A DNA stretch of 63,136 nucleotides, filler included, from Choristocarpus tenellus KU-1152 (taxonomy: Eukaryota; Protista; Phaeophyceae), in the NCBI GenBank assembly GCA_964200185.2. It is 14 parts of 14 records of this genome, joined end to end, with 100 filler letters (N's around TTAATTAATTAA, not from the genome) between each part and the next. Parts side by side here need not be neighbours in the genome. Positions count along the whole stretch, not along the records: positions 24,743 to 29,235 come from CAXNAD020014311.1; positions 29,336 to 33,484 come from CAXNAD020015968.1; positions 33,585 to 36,960 come from CAXNAD020020444.1; positions 37,061 to 39,695 come from CAXNAD020026080.1; 10 more parts are not named here. One strand, written 5' to 3'. Positions 26,713 through 38,759 of the stretch are shown here, one piece after another. The position numbers and the translations under genes were made by a program. The notes beneath the pieces were generated by a model. It was given only the letters and a program-made list of their open reading frames with translations, did no database searches and had not been told where the DNA came from. The number at the start of each line of letters is the position of its first letter. Position 1 is the first letter of the stretch.

Positions 26713-27256
26713 TGATGCAGCACGATCTGAGATGATTGATGATATCTTTTGTCTTAACCCGTGACAATCGCATGTGGTAGGTATGAAACATGTAACCTAG
26801 TCCACGCTGGGGGGCATGTTACAGGTGAAGAACAACATTATTTCTTCCTGCGCTTTAACCAGTGTGAGTACATTGTACGCACACGTGGAACCCCAAAAGG
26901 GGGAATTCCGATTTGCTGAAAGTTGCAGGGTAAGATCTGTATCTTGGGAATGTATGCCACAGTTCTCAGATGTATTTCAACGTCTGTAAACCGAAATAAA
27001 AATAAAACGGTAAGTGATGACAAGAGGCCCCACCTGGTCCACTCATAACTGATACCAATTGTCATATTCATGCTTACTGATCCAAAAGAATATCTTTATC
27101 TGCTGACCTGATATTCATCATCCTCAATCGACCTTTTGACTGTTGGAGTATCCCAGGAGTCCTGTACAAGTATCAGCGCCACGTATAGGCCTGTGGATCG
27201 GAGCTATACATCCTCTGGAGGTAAGCTTTGGAGCGTGCTGTAACAACATTACTTGT

Positions 27257-28062
27257 GACCAACCAGTGCGAACCCCTTCGCCATTGACTTTCAGTCACCA
27301 ACCACATTCCATGACCAACCAGTGTGAACCCCTTCACCACTGATTTCCAATCACCAACCACATTCAATGAACAACCAGTGCGAACCCCTTCACCACTGAC
27401 TTTCAGTCACCAACCACCTCCGATGACCAACCAATGTGAACACTGTCGCCACTGATTTCCAGTCACCAACCACATCTGATGACCAACCAGTGCGACCCAT
27501 TCGCCATTGACTTTCAGTCACCAACCACATTCCATGACCAACCAGTGTGAACCCCTTCACCACTGACTTTCAGTCACCAACCACATTCAATGAACAACCA
27601 GTGGGAACCCCTTCACCACTGACTTTCAGTGACCAACCACCTCCGATGACCAACCAATGTGAACACTGTCGACACTGATTTCCAGTCACCAACCACATCT
27701 GATGACCAACCAGTGCGACCCATTCGCCATTGATTTCCAATCACCAACCACATTCCATGACCAACCCGTGCGAACCTCTTTGCCACTGATTTCCAATCAC
27801 CAACCACATTCCATGACCAACCAGTGTGAACCCCTTCACCACTGACTTTCAGTGACCAACCACCTCCGATGACCAACCAATGTGAACACTGTCGCCACTG
27901 ATTTCCAGTAACCAACCACATCTGATGACCAACCAGTGTGACCCCTTTGCCACTGATTTCCAGTCACCAACCCCATTCGATGACCAACCAGTGCAAACCC
28001 CTTCGCCACTGATTTCCAATCACCAACCAGTGTACTCCCTTCGCCACTGATTTCCAGTCACC
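27257..28062. repeat. 56-bp minisatellite, about 14 copies, with a 223-bp higher-order repeat
   Basis: Unit GACCAACCAGTGCGAACCCCTTCGCCAYTGAYTTYCAGTCACCAACCACATTCCAT. The variant unit CAATGTGAACACTGTCG recurs at 27425, 27648 and 27871. Confidence 0.92.
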
Positions 28063-28892
28063 ATTCAACCCCACCCAACCCCACATCACTTTCCACTCCA
28101 CCACAGCATTCAACACAACTCAACCCCACAACACTTTTAACCACTTTCCGCTCCACTCCACCAAACAACACCGCTCAACACCACTCCATAATAATCCAAG
28201 AACACCCTTTCATCATCCACTTCAATACCGTGCCTTTGAACTAGAAGACATCTACCCCACCTGAACTTGACCTCACCCCCCTGTTCCAAAGCATCCCAGT
28301 CGGTCGTGAGCAATCGAAAGGGCAGGTGGGTGGGAAAGATTGCTCAGAGGTTGCCTTGTTCTAGCTCTGCTTGTCCTGTCCAACCAACCTCAGGTTTTCC
28401 TAATGTTCTGGTTCATCCCTTCCTACCTCATGCTTCCATCTAAAACCCATTCTTTTAACTTCTCTCCTACCTCTTCTGCCTCCTAGCCACACGGTACTTA
28501 ACTCTTCGTCCACCTCAATATTTTCTTTTTACCCAAGTCAGCACTATTTTTCCCATTTATCATTTCTTCCTGATATCTCCCCGCCTACAAAACTCAGATT
28601 ACTTCGTAAACTTCCGCATTTTTTTTAAAGCTACTCCAACATAGTTCAGAAAATGTGTTGTACGTTTTTATTTATAAAGCCCAAATTTGCACATATTTGT
28701 TATCATCCTTAAAATACAACCATGGGAATATTTGTCATACCTTCACTCACTAAATCGAATGAAACACGAAAATTCCTATTTCAATACATACAAAGGTTAA
28801 GACTTCAACAGTATAGTAAGTAGAATACGTTACGCCGACCAAATCAAAGCATATTTGAACCAGCCCCCTTTTGCTGTTTCTCTTGTTGGACA

Positions 28893-29139
28893 TCAGAATT
28901 ACGAATGGAATATGGATAGGTTTTGTTCGTTTGAATTCAACTACTTTGATTTAATTGTTGACTTCTGTAGGAAGCACAAATAATAAAAAAAACAAGCAAT
29001 GAGAAGAGACCCCACAAAGGTCACTCTTCTAATTTCAACAATGTAATCACGTTCAGCAAAGGGGGTCGTGTGAGGCTTCACACCTTCTTATTATCTTCAC
29101 TACTGAGAAATAGTATTACCTCCCAAGGTAATTTGCACA
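28893..29139 (+). mobile_element. LTR-C, 5'-truncated copy
   Basis: Shares TTCAGCAAAGGGGGTCGTGTGAG...CTTCACTACTGA with the other copies and ends TTGCACA. Confidence 0.8.
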
Positions 29140-29548
29140 GCTTCTTCTTCTACTTGGCGACGATAGCAATAATTGATAAACAATTAAAAAATATGGGAAA
29201 ATATCACCTCTTCTTCTCAGTCAGTCAACCATCCANNNNNNNNNNNNNNNNNNNNNNNNNNNNNNNNNNNNNNNNNNNNTTAATTAATTAANNNNNNNNN
29301 NNNNNNNNNNNNNNNNNNNNNNNNNNNNNNNNNNNCCAAATGACTCAACGTATCTCTAGTACACGTCAGAAACACTCCGACTCTAATAGTCCGCCGATTA
29401 CTTCTGGTCAAATACCCCGCCTAAATATCCCAAATGTTCCGCATTATCTTCTATGCGTACATAAAATAATACTTCAGATCATATTCTCACAAATGGTCAA
29501 GCATAATCTTGACATGTGTCACGTGTCATGATGTCCAACCAGGGCTGA

Positions 29549-31934
29549 GAACACTGCACTACACAACATTCGCCCTCTCGAAACTCTCTCGACCCAACGC
29601 TACCCTTAAACGGCCTGAAAGACTTCGCCTTCCGCAACGCGCCAAAGCTCGCCATAGTGTCCATCGCCGCCGAACCAAGACACCTCAACGACGAAGAGGC
29701 GACCATCACCCACTTGCGCCAGGTGATGAAGTACTTGCAGGTGAAGATACATCCTCAGGGCACCATCGCGCTATTTGTGCCCCACCCGTGGGCAGTGCAA
29801 TCACACCGCCTACACGGTGAGTTGCAGAGTTCGCCCGCGCTGAAATACGGGGTGTATTGCGGGAGACTAGTGCAATCTGCCATGGCCGTTATCAGTCCGC
29901 CCGTGTGTCGATCGGAAACGGTGGCGGCCGTTCAAGAGATGCGGATTCTGTCGTGTGTCATTTTTTTTCGCTTTCCCCATGTTGTTTCATCTTCTTCGTA
30001 CCTTGTATTTCCTTTTGTGTATTTTGCTCTTCCCCCCCATTTCCTTCATAGTTCTTTGTTTGATTGTCCGCGAATCGCATGCTGGTGTTACTTGTGTTCA
30101 CTACTTTTTTTTTGCCGTCTTTCCTTCTATTCCAGAATTTCCTATTGTTTGCATTTTTGCATTTGTTATTTGGCTTGCGTTCCACCCTCACTGTACTATT
30201 GTTATGCTAGTGGTATGCGATTCCTCATGAAGCTCAACGATACCGTACTTGTGTGCTGTCACTGTCAAGTTTGATGCATGCCAGACCCACGCGCTCGCTC
30301 CCGCCTTCTCTTCATTCAGGGGGTCTTATGGTGTCAAAGGTGGGCTTGGTTGTGGAAGATCATCCCCTGCTTATAATGTACAAGACGAAGGGGGGGGGGT
30401 GCCCTCTCGCAGGCACTGATAACCATCTCAGATGCCACCAGAAGATGATTCTTCTCGCGCACAACGATGGGACAGAGTTCACGTGCAACAAGCGAGTCAC
30501 CGTCGACGACATCTTTGGCCACGGGAGTGATCCATCGCCTCCAGTGCTCCAAACCATGTGTGACATCGAGTACCAAGGTGCTGCGATGGACATCCCCATG
30601 AGGGCCCTCCACTTCCTCGTTAACAAGTTCGTTAATTTCGTCACACACGCCCTTCTTCATGGGAGCAACGACTTTTCTTGTATAGGTGTAGATCATCGTT
30701 AAACAGTAACGCAACAAACTGGGTGACGGTTCAGGGGCATCAAACCGTACCATGAGTGTGTTTCCCTGAATCAGTATGTTATGCGTCAAACCGCACCATG
30801 AGTGTGTTGCCCTGAATCAGTACGTTACTTGTGCATTGCCATATGATGAATCCGTGCGCAATACAATGTACTCCTCGGAATAATTTTCGACTCACCCTCC
30901 TATGATAGGTACACGAATCCTGGGGACACCGTCGTTTCCTTCAGCGCAGAGAGGCACAACATGACGGAGGCGGCCCTTGAACGGAGCAGAAGGGTGGAGG
31001 TGTTTGTGTCCAATGCTGCATCAAAGGGCGATGTGATAGAGAAGATAGAGACCTTCTTCGGCCGAGCCTACAAGGACGGCAAGTGGAAGGTAATAAGGGT
31101 GTGCTGGATTTTTCCCATTTCTTTTCAACTTCTTGTCTGTCTTCGTTCGCTATGGATAGGTGTCGGTCGTGCGGTTGTGGTAGTGATGTTTCCTTGTCCA
31201 TGTTTACACGTTGCTAATACGGTGCACGCGGTGACCAACACCACAAACGGAAATCGCGAGACCCCACGACTTTTGTGTGTGTGTGTCGGTATGTCGTAAT
31301 GTCTTCCTTCCTCACACGAAAAAACAAACATGCTGCGGTACACCTCAAGATATTGAACCAATGCTGGAATAACCCCTACGTACGTGATGTAACCTTATCG
31401 CATGGCAAACACTTGAATGCCACATGGTTGGGCTGTCACATGTACGCACATGATCTTGCAGGTATCCACGTCTCTCGTTCAAAAACCCGTGATAGGCCCT
31501 TCCTACCAGCCGGAAGCCTTGGGGCAGACCCTCGTCCCAATTGAGACACAGCAATGTTTTGCTGAGGCCGTCATTTGTCAGGGAAAGGCAATGGGACGCG
31601 ATGAGGCGACCCTTTTCGTTGCGAAGACGGTGGCGACGGACTTCGGCTACCAGATCGAGGTGAATCTGGCATAGAATGCACTTCGTAACATATCTGTCAA
31701 GAACGAACGGCAGAGTCACACTCTTGGCACGCAGTAGAAACATTTTTTTTCTTCCCAAGTCCGAACCTATCTAATACAGCACCCAAATACGTCGCGTAGA
31801 AGACTATGGGCCTTGCGGATAAGTGTTGGATCCGTTTTGTGTTCAACGTTTGCCACAATAAGGTTGCCGTTTTTGCATCACCTTCGGTCGCGCACCTCCA
31901 AATCACGTTCATTCATAAATGACCGAACTCTAGC
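29549..31934 (+). CDS. Multi-exon gene or pseudogene: beta-class N6A/N4C DNA methyltransferase-like fold with degenerate motifs and a possible C-terminal SET-like start; truncated by a MITE
   Basis: Predicted exons about 29549-29816, 30320-30626, 30909-31089, 31462-31659 and 31780-31934, joined by phase-compatible GT-AG introns. The spliced peptide includes LRQVMKYLQVKIHPQGTIALF, LLIMYKTK...HQKMILLAH and IPMRALHFLVNK-YTNPGDTVVSFSAERHNMTEAALERSRRVEVF. Confidence 0.55.
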
Positions 31935-32189
31935 GAGTCAAAGTATCTTAGAGGGTAGAGCCGCGTCCATTTGAGGGCCAAATTCCAACGTTGCGATTTT
32001 GATGTAATTTTGGCTATCGTGTTGTTAGGGAGTGTCAATATCCTTGTTCCTGACACACCTTTTCATAACATAACGCTTTACCTACTCCGAAAAAATTGGA
32101 GTAGGAAATGTCATAAAAAAAATCATGGGAAGGCAAGCCTCAAACGGACAAACAGGGCAAAACTCGTACCCTCTTAGATACTTTCACTC
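31935..32189 (+). mobile_element. MITE family 1 full copy
   Basis: Near-consensus TIRs; flanks TAGC/TTGA do not match. Confidence 0.9.
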
Positions 32190-32559
32190 TTGATTGGCAT
32201 GCTAACCACATACCATCAACCGTTAGCTAGTGATAACCGATCAGATATTCATTATTGGTACGTTTATGTATTATATTTCTTATTTATAAAGTGTAATGTA
32301 CCAGTCCAATACTTCGGCAATATACTAACAGTAACACTTGTTTCCCATTTTGCTCCTAGACGTCACTTTTCGGTTGACCTCGAATCATGTTTACGTGGTT
32401 TCGTGGTCGATCAGAAGGGGGGGTGATGTGGAAACTAGGGTTGTCTGTTATTATACCGTTTTGACGCATGCCATATACTTTCATGCCGATTGAGGTTCCT
32501 TGTCATGAAACTCTGGGTTTTGGTGGAGGATTTTTGATATATCCCTTTCTGCAAGGGAG

Positions 32560-33250
32560 ATTAGCTGCACTGCACTAGCTGCTTTTGAGCAGCTGAAATC
32601 TGATCTACACGAGGTAGGCATCGCCCTCAACATGGACAAGACCTTTGCTGCACCTTCCCAGGGCCATCAGCTCATGCCCTCTGAACTAGAATTTCTGACC
32701 ACGGCGGGAATCAACCTGACCCCAGACCCAAATGGTATTGTTACACTAGGGGCTGCAGTGGAAATGGATTAATTCATATCCAAGCCCACATGACAGAGGT
32801 GATCGAGAGCTCAGAGTCACGAATGCTGCCCACGCACCAGAGTGAGATGGAGGGCAAATAAGTAGCCTGGACCTCAACTCCTGGTCCCTCCCTTCTCACT
32901 TAGGCTATTTGGTAAGGGTCACTCCCCCCCACCAGGCACGCTCCACAATGAAACAAGCAGAAAATATCTCACTGTGGACGCTGGAGAAGATAATGGAGGT
33001 AGCAGACTCAGCGGGAGCCACTGGCTTATTTGAAGGGGAGTGTGAAAGTGGGTCTCTTCACCCTGTAACATACCAACAAGTACAGGCAGTGGTGACCCCC
33101 ACACGTAGGAAAAGTGCCCAAGTGTAACTGAATACCAGGGATGCGATTGCAGTGCGGCAAGCCCTCGCGATGGTCCCTGGTGAGCATAAACTGCTGCGAC
33201 ACTTGGCCCTGCCGTTGAAGTATCTCCCAAATCATCAAAGAGGATAAAGG
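32560..33250 (+). pseudogene. Non-LTR retrotransposon reverse transcriptase remnant
   Basis: EVGIALNMDKT (GL-x-LN-xx-KT motif), GIVTLGAAV and YLVRVTPP, in the order seen at the C-terminus of non-LTR RTs; stops and frameshifts. Confidence 0.55.
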
Positions 33251-33699
33251 TGATAAACCCAGTGAGATTGCTTGGTGTCTGTAGAGAGATTGATTAAAGC
33301 TAAGTGGGGCATGCAGCCCCCCATAAAATCAGAAATATTTCTTTTTATATGATAATTTTTCTCATACAACTAGTCTCTAGTAAAAGGTTCTGATAACTCA
33401 ACCGCTAATTGATTGTTCCTTTACTCCATACTTATTTTACTGTAACTGTCCGATAGAGTTGGAAGAGCCTAATCGAACACCCTCNNNNNNNNNNNNNNNN
33501 NNNNNNNNNNNNNNNNNNNNNNNNNNNNTTAATTAATTAANNNNNNNNNNNNNNNNNNNNNNNNNNNNNNNNNNNNNNNNNNNNTGGTGGAACTGTATCG
33601 TATCAAGGAACAAACAGATGAGTAGCCTATGTTTTAACATGTCCTCACCCCCCCTGCTGTCATAGTTGGCAACATTCCCATGGTCCCTGCTCCACTTCC

Positions 33700-35870
33700 A
33701 GTGGGATTTAACGCTATCTACTTGGATGTTGTCGCTGGCCATGCTCAGGCTTCCCTTATCTTCCACTCTTTTCCTAAGCCTTGTTGCCAGTGATGTCCCT
33801 TCTCAAAAAATACTCCAGTGAAATTGTCGGGGCTTTTCCATGATGCTGTTTTGCCATTTTTGACCCTGGGCTGAGAAGAGTCATTGGTATTGTGCCAGAT
33901 GTCTCACCTTCTTGTGGACGGAGGTTGTGCAAAGCAAACTCCCAGGAGGCTTGAATTATCCACAATTTTGTACAGAGAAGTGGTAGTTTCGTGATGATAG
34001 TGGTTGTTCAAGTGTACAGACATTCAAGTGTACAAATAGGTTTTGTCCCGAACTTTGGAGCTACCAGTATTTTGAATTGCAGAGAGGCTTACCCCATGTT
34101 AATCAAATGTATGAAAATGTGAGAACATTTCATTGTGATAGTGTTACTGTTTACATAATGTTGGGTTTGCATTAGTATTGGGTGGGATGGTGGGGGCGAG
34201 AGAAATCAGATGGTGAGTGCTGATATCCGATGCGCTTGTGATGGCCAGCATACCATGCATCGTGGAATGAATTGTTTAACGTATGGTATTGCCTTGGGGT
34301 CAATATGCCGTAGTCTTGGTTTTATGAAACCCATAAACTTTATGCAACTCAACCATGAGTTTATTCTCTCAGGTTCTTTGCCTTGGTCAGAGTGGAGTAT
34401 TTCAGGAGGACCAAAAATGGAAGAAAGACAACAAAAAGGTCTTAGGCCATGGTTTTTCCTCGCTTATATTTGCAATGCCAACCAAGACTGTGAATCTTCC
34501 AAGATGGTCTACGGCAGAAACACATCCTTTTTGTAGTCTGACATGGTCATATATTTTATCAGCAAGTCGTTCGAACGGACGTGTAACAGGCATACGTCCT
34601 GTAAGTAGTGGAGTAGTTAGTATGGATGGCCGGTCCTCCGTCTCTGACATGACTGGCAAATTTCACACCACTTTCTAACATCTCTATGTAAGGTCCACCA
34701 CCAAAATCTGTCTCTTGCGCGGTCAAACGTGTCCTACAAAACAAGATGGCCTGCAAGTTTGTGGTCATGTAGGTAGGGCATGTAAGATTATACCCTAGTC
34801 TTCCGTTGAGACTAAAACCTCATCACAAAATTCTCCATTTTTTACGAAGATGACTTGGTTGGTAACATCGGTAGGGTAAGTAAGAGCTTACCCTCTTTCT
34901 CTCTTGTGTGAAAAAATGTGAAATGGTATAGGTCGTTTCCTTCATAGGTAAAGTTGATTTATTGGGGTCTGCCAGGTACTGAAAATATGCTGCAAACTGA
35001 TCCTGCTGGGCTTTGACTGTAACTTCATTATCAATGACTGGGAACACATTGATGGAGGTAACAAAGAGCTCAGAGTCATTTGCCACCCTAGTAGATTGAC
35101 ATATAACTGATCCACATACAATTCATAGACTGGACATATCTTACTTGCTTTTGAAATCGCATTAGTGGCTTCTGCTCCCACATTTCGATGTATGGGGGTT
35201 AGGGGTGCTGGTTCAGATTATATTTTTCCAAAATCTTCCAGTTGAGGACGTGACAACATATCTGGGATGTAGTATAGTCTGGTAGGCTTATTAAGGAGGG
35301 GCTAGAATCAACACTTTGCAGAGCTAGGGCCCATCCGGTTCAAAGATTGGGCGTGTCTTGCATAATGAACGGCCACCGTAATGCTGAATGGTCAATAATA
35401 GCTGTGAAATGTTTACCCAAAACGCATAGTCTCCAGTGTTGAATCACGAGAATAACTGTGGAGCACTTTTTTTGTGTGGCAGAATATACATTTTCTCTGG
35501 GAGGGGGAAAGTAAGGCACTATGGCAGGCAAATTTATCAACATTGCCATCACCATTTTTATCGGCCCAGAACGCCCCTGTCCCAATATTACTGGCAATTA
35601 CATGGATAAAAGGTTCCTTTGAAAATCAGGAAAGCGTAAACTGGGGCAATGGTTAAAAGTCGTTTGCACTTGTCAAGAGCAGTTTGCTGTGTGGTCGATT
35701 CCATCTAGATCAAATATATCTGGGACGTGAAGGAGGGTAGAATCAACACTTTGCAGAGCTAAGACCCATCCAGTTCAAAGATTGGGCGTGTCTTGCATAG
35801 TATGCGGCCAACGTAAGACTGAATGGTCACTGATAGTTGTTAATGTTTACCAAATGCATAGTCCCTTAGG
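33700..35870 (-). pseudogene. Decayed Gypsy RNase H-integrase with a local duplication
   Basis: YSATQKKCSTVILVIQHWRLCVLGKHFTAIIDHSALRW (RNase H, ORF 35340..35597) and MPVTRPFERL...VSAVDHLGRF (integrase, ORF 34402..34659). The block at about 35295-35430 is repeated at about 35730-35862. Confidence 0.75.
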
Positions 35871-36509
35871 GTTGGGGGACACGGGGGCAGAAGTGTGCTC
35901 ACCTAACAAGGATCTCGATCTCGTGCTCAAGTGTTGATAAAAACAATTATCATCCTAAAAGTTGGTGGCAGAGGGATGGTGCATGGCATAGCGCAATGAA
36001 TCTGAGTTTCTGACTTTCAGCTTGTAAATGATAGTGTTTCGTTTGGGTGAGGGTTATAACGGTAGCATTAGCACAAGCTGTTTAAATATTCCGCGCTGGA
36101 CCTGCGGCTTTGGTGCTTTCATGAAGGACAATGAACAGCTTAATGTAGATGAGCAAAGTTAATATTACAACAGGACTTATGGTCTCAATTCCACTGACTA
36201 TGTAGGTAAGACTATACGTAGACTACCATTATTATTTCTATAGTGTGGGGTTTGTAATCGCCCACACTAATTTATTGTGAATCACTTATTCACTTGTCTA
36301 AAGTATAGAAAGTGTATCTTGAACTTGAAATAAAAATCCATCAACACTCTGAATCAGCACGTCTAATATATCTGCCACTGGCTCTCCATTCAATTATCTA
36401 ATCCACCGGTGGTGTCTATATGTATCAGCAACACTATCTACGAACATATGCACCAGACAACAAATTGTAGTTGGTGATATTCTTGCTCTGGTGAGTTGCA
36501 ACACAAACT

Positions 36510-36769
36510 GGGTGAAACTATCTTAGAGGGTACTAATTTTTCCCTGTTTGTCCATTTGTGGGGCTAGGCTTCCCATGGGGTTTTTTTATGACATTTTCCG
36601 ACTCCAAAATGTTTTGGAGTAGGTAAAATGTATGCGTTATGAAAGATGTGTCCGAAATATAGAGATTGACACTTCCTAACAAACACGATAGCCAAAATTT
36701 CATCAAAATCACAACATTGTACTTTGACCCCCAAATGACGCGGCTCTACCCTCTAAGATACTTTGGCTG
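36510..36769 (-). mobile_element. MITE family 1 full copy
   Basis: Both TIRs are recognisable. Confidence 0.88.
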
Positions 36770-37924
36770 ACTTGGTAGTGCCACTGCAGATATGTGATCT
36801 AACATACATTTGGCTCCAAGCTCAAAGTATCTGGGAGGGGGAGGAGGCTGTCCATTTGGGGTCAATTTTTCATGTTGGGGGTTTGGGGTGATTTGGTTGC
36901 ATACGTCGGATGGTTACTGTAAACGCACTTTTCCAGATTTTGACCCAATTGGACACCATGNNNNNNNNNNNNNNNNNNNNNNNNNNNNNNNNNNNNNNNN
37001 NNNNTTAATTAATTAANNNNNNNNNNNNNNNNNNNNNNNNNNNNNNNNNNNNNNNNNNNNCCAGTCAATTTTGGGTCAAGCCCATCCTCAATGAAAAGCT
37101 CCATCCTCAATTCTTGAAATCGGCTGTTAATTGCCGATAACAGACAACACTCATACGCATATAACCTGGAAGAACAAATTTACTACTCCTTCTGTCCCTG
37201 AAGTCTGGGCTGTTACGTTTTAGTTCTTCGGGATGACTTCTGATTACAAAACGGACTCTTGCTTTGGATTCCTTAGATTATTTGACAATAAAAAACTAAA
37301 TTTGAAATAATTCTACAAACTATTCTGTTCTGAAATGGTTCTGAAAGAGCGGAACACAGAATGGGGCTGATTTTCATATTTTTTATATATTCCTGCCGCA
37401 GCGTGGAGGCGCACAACACTCTCGCAATCCACATCGTGAGCCCCCACAATCCATCGTCCCCAGCACAAAGCCCACCGTTTCGGGGGAAAAACTCCAAGCT
37501 GGCCAAGGAAGGTTGGGCTGCACTTACTTGCTCTACGTTATGCATTGACTCTTCCTCTGGGTCACGAGAGGCTCCCACAGGGTGTGGAGTCTAAATTGGC
37601 GAAAGAGTTTAGAGTGAGAGAGAGACACCCTAGACGGGTGTGGGCGCACGTCAAAGAACAGTTAGAGAGAATATCGTCTCCCTGAAATTTCAAGCATGAT
37701 CTGGACGGCTGTTGGAGTTTACAACAACAAATAAGCGAAGATTCGGGAAATCAATGCCAGTAATTCATGCTGACAATCAACCAACTTTCCGCCAAGCCCA
37801 CCGAAGCGGGCCTTGCAGTCGGCAGCTCAAAGCTTCATCACTCGCTCAAGTCATGGGGGCAACAGGGGCTTAGCCGCGCATCACCCCTAGCCTTTAGGTT
37901 TCTCACAAGAAGGACAGGGTGGAC

Positions 37925-38633
37925 TGTTACAACACGCTCCAGAAGCTTACCTCCGCAGAATATATAGCTCCGATCCACAGACCTCGAAACAATGCCAATG
38001 TTCATACAAGCCTTCTGGAATACTCCAACAGTCAAGGGAGTCCAACCTACGTCAGGTTAGCAGGATAGGGGGTACTTCTCTCTTTCAACGTCAATGAGTG
38101 TATGACATCAGATATATCAAGAAAAAAAGTGGCTAGAGGGGCATTACTAAGCAACACTCTTTATTCTTTTTATCATCATTTGTGTTTTATTTTGTTTTCG
38201 GTAAACAGAAATTGGAATACATCTGAAAACCGTTGCGACATTCTCAAGTTACATATGAGTCAAAGTACCTTAGGGGGTAGAGACGTGTCAGTTTGGGGGC
38301 CAAAATCCAATTTTTCGATTTTGATGTAATTTTGGGTATTGTGTTTGTTAGGAAGTGTCAATATCCCTGTTGCAAACACACCTTTTCATAACGTACACAT
38401 TTTACCTACTCCAAAATATTTCGGAGTAGGAAACTTTCATCAAATACCTGTGGGAAGCCAAGCCCCAAATGGACAAACAGAGTAAAATTCGTACCCTCTA
38501 AGATACTTTCACTCATATATTACTCTGCAACCTTTAGCAAATCGAAGTTCCTCTTTATATGGTTCCCCACGTGTGTATACTGCTCGCGCTTGTTAGAACG
38601 TGAGAAGAAATACTTGTGCTGTTTCCTGTAACA
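37925..38633 (-). mobile_element. Solo LTR of family LTR-Q containing a MITE
   Basis: TGTTACA...TGTAACA ends, homology to 25060-25487 on both sides of the MITE, exact 4-bp TSD GGAC. Confidence 0.88.
38257..38514 (+). mobile_element. MITE family 1 full copy inside the solo LTR
   Basis: Intact TIRs, exact TSD ATAT. Confidence 0.92.
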
Positions 38634-38759
38634 GGACTTCATCCTAAACCAGATCTCCCACAACCGCAAAACCTATAGGACTGGCCTCAACACCATTCAC
38701 ATCAACAAGCCATAGTTCTACCTCATCCACGAATAAGCGCATGTTCCTGGGGTAGGAAA

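Larger units (their letters stand above)
25060..27245 (+). mobile_element. Non-autonomous LTR retroelement (TRIM/LARD-like), family LTR-Q
   Basis: 5' LTR 25060-25487 (TGTTACA...TGTAATA), PBS TGGAGGTCCTACCG at 25488-25501, purine-rich tract GGGGGGCA before the 3' LTR 26817-27245 (TGTTACA...TGTAACA). No recognisable internal gag/pol. The flanks AAAC/ACAT do not match. Confidence 0.8.

Noticed and set aside
27257-28062. CRISPR-like array
   Set aside because: The whole 56-bp unit repeats with no unique spacers, no cas genes are present, and the context is eukaryotic.
29657-30274. 205-aa ORF with a hydrophobic Cys/Phe-rich tail read as a membrane protein
   Set aside because: The tail is read-through into a T-rich intron after the GTGAGT donor at 29817.
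31971-32177. Recurrent small ORFs of the type MSGTRIL or KWTRLYPLRYF (also at 22548, 39482, 44879)
   Set aside because: They are chance translations of MITE family 1 copies, and the frames are not conserved between copies.
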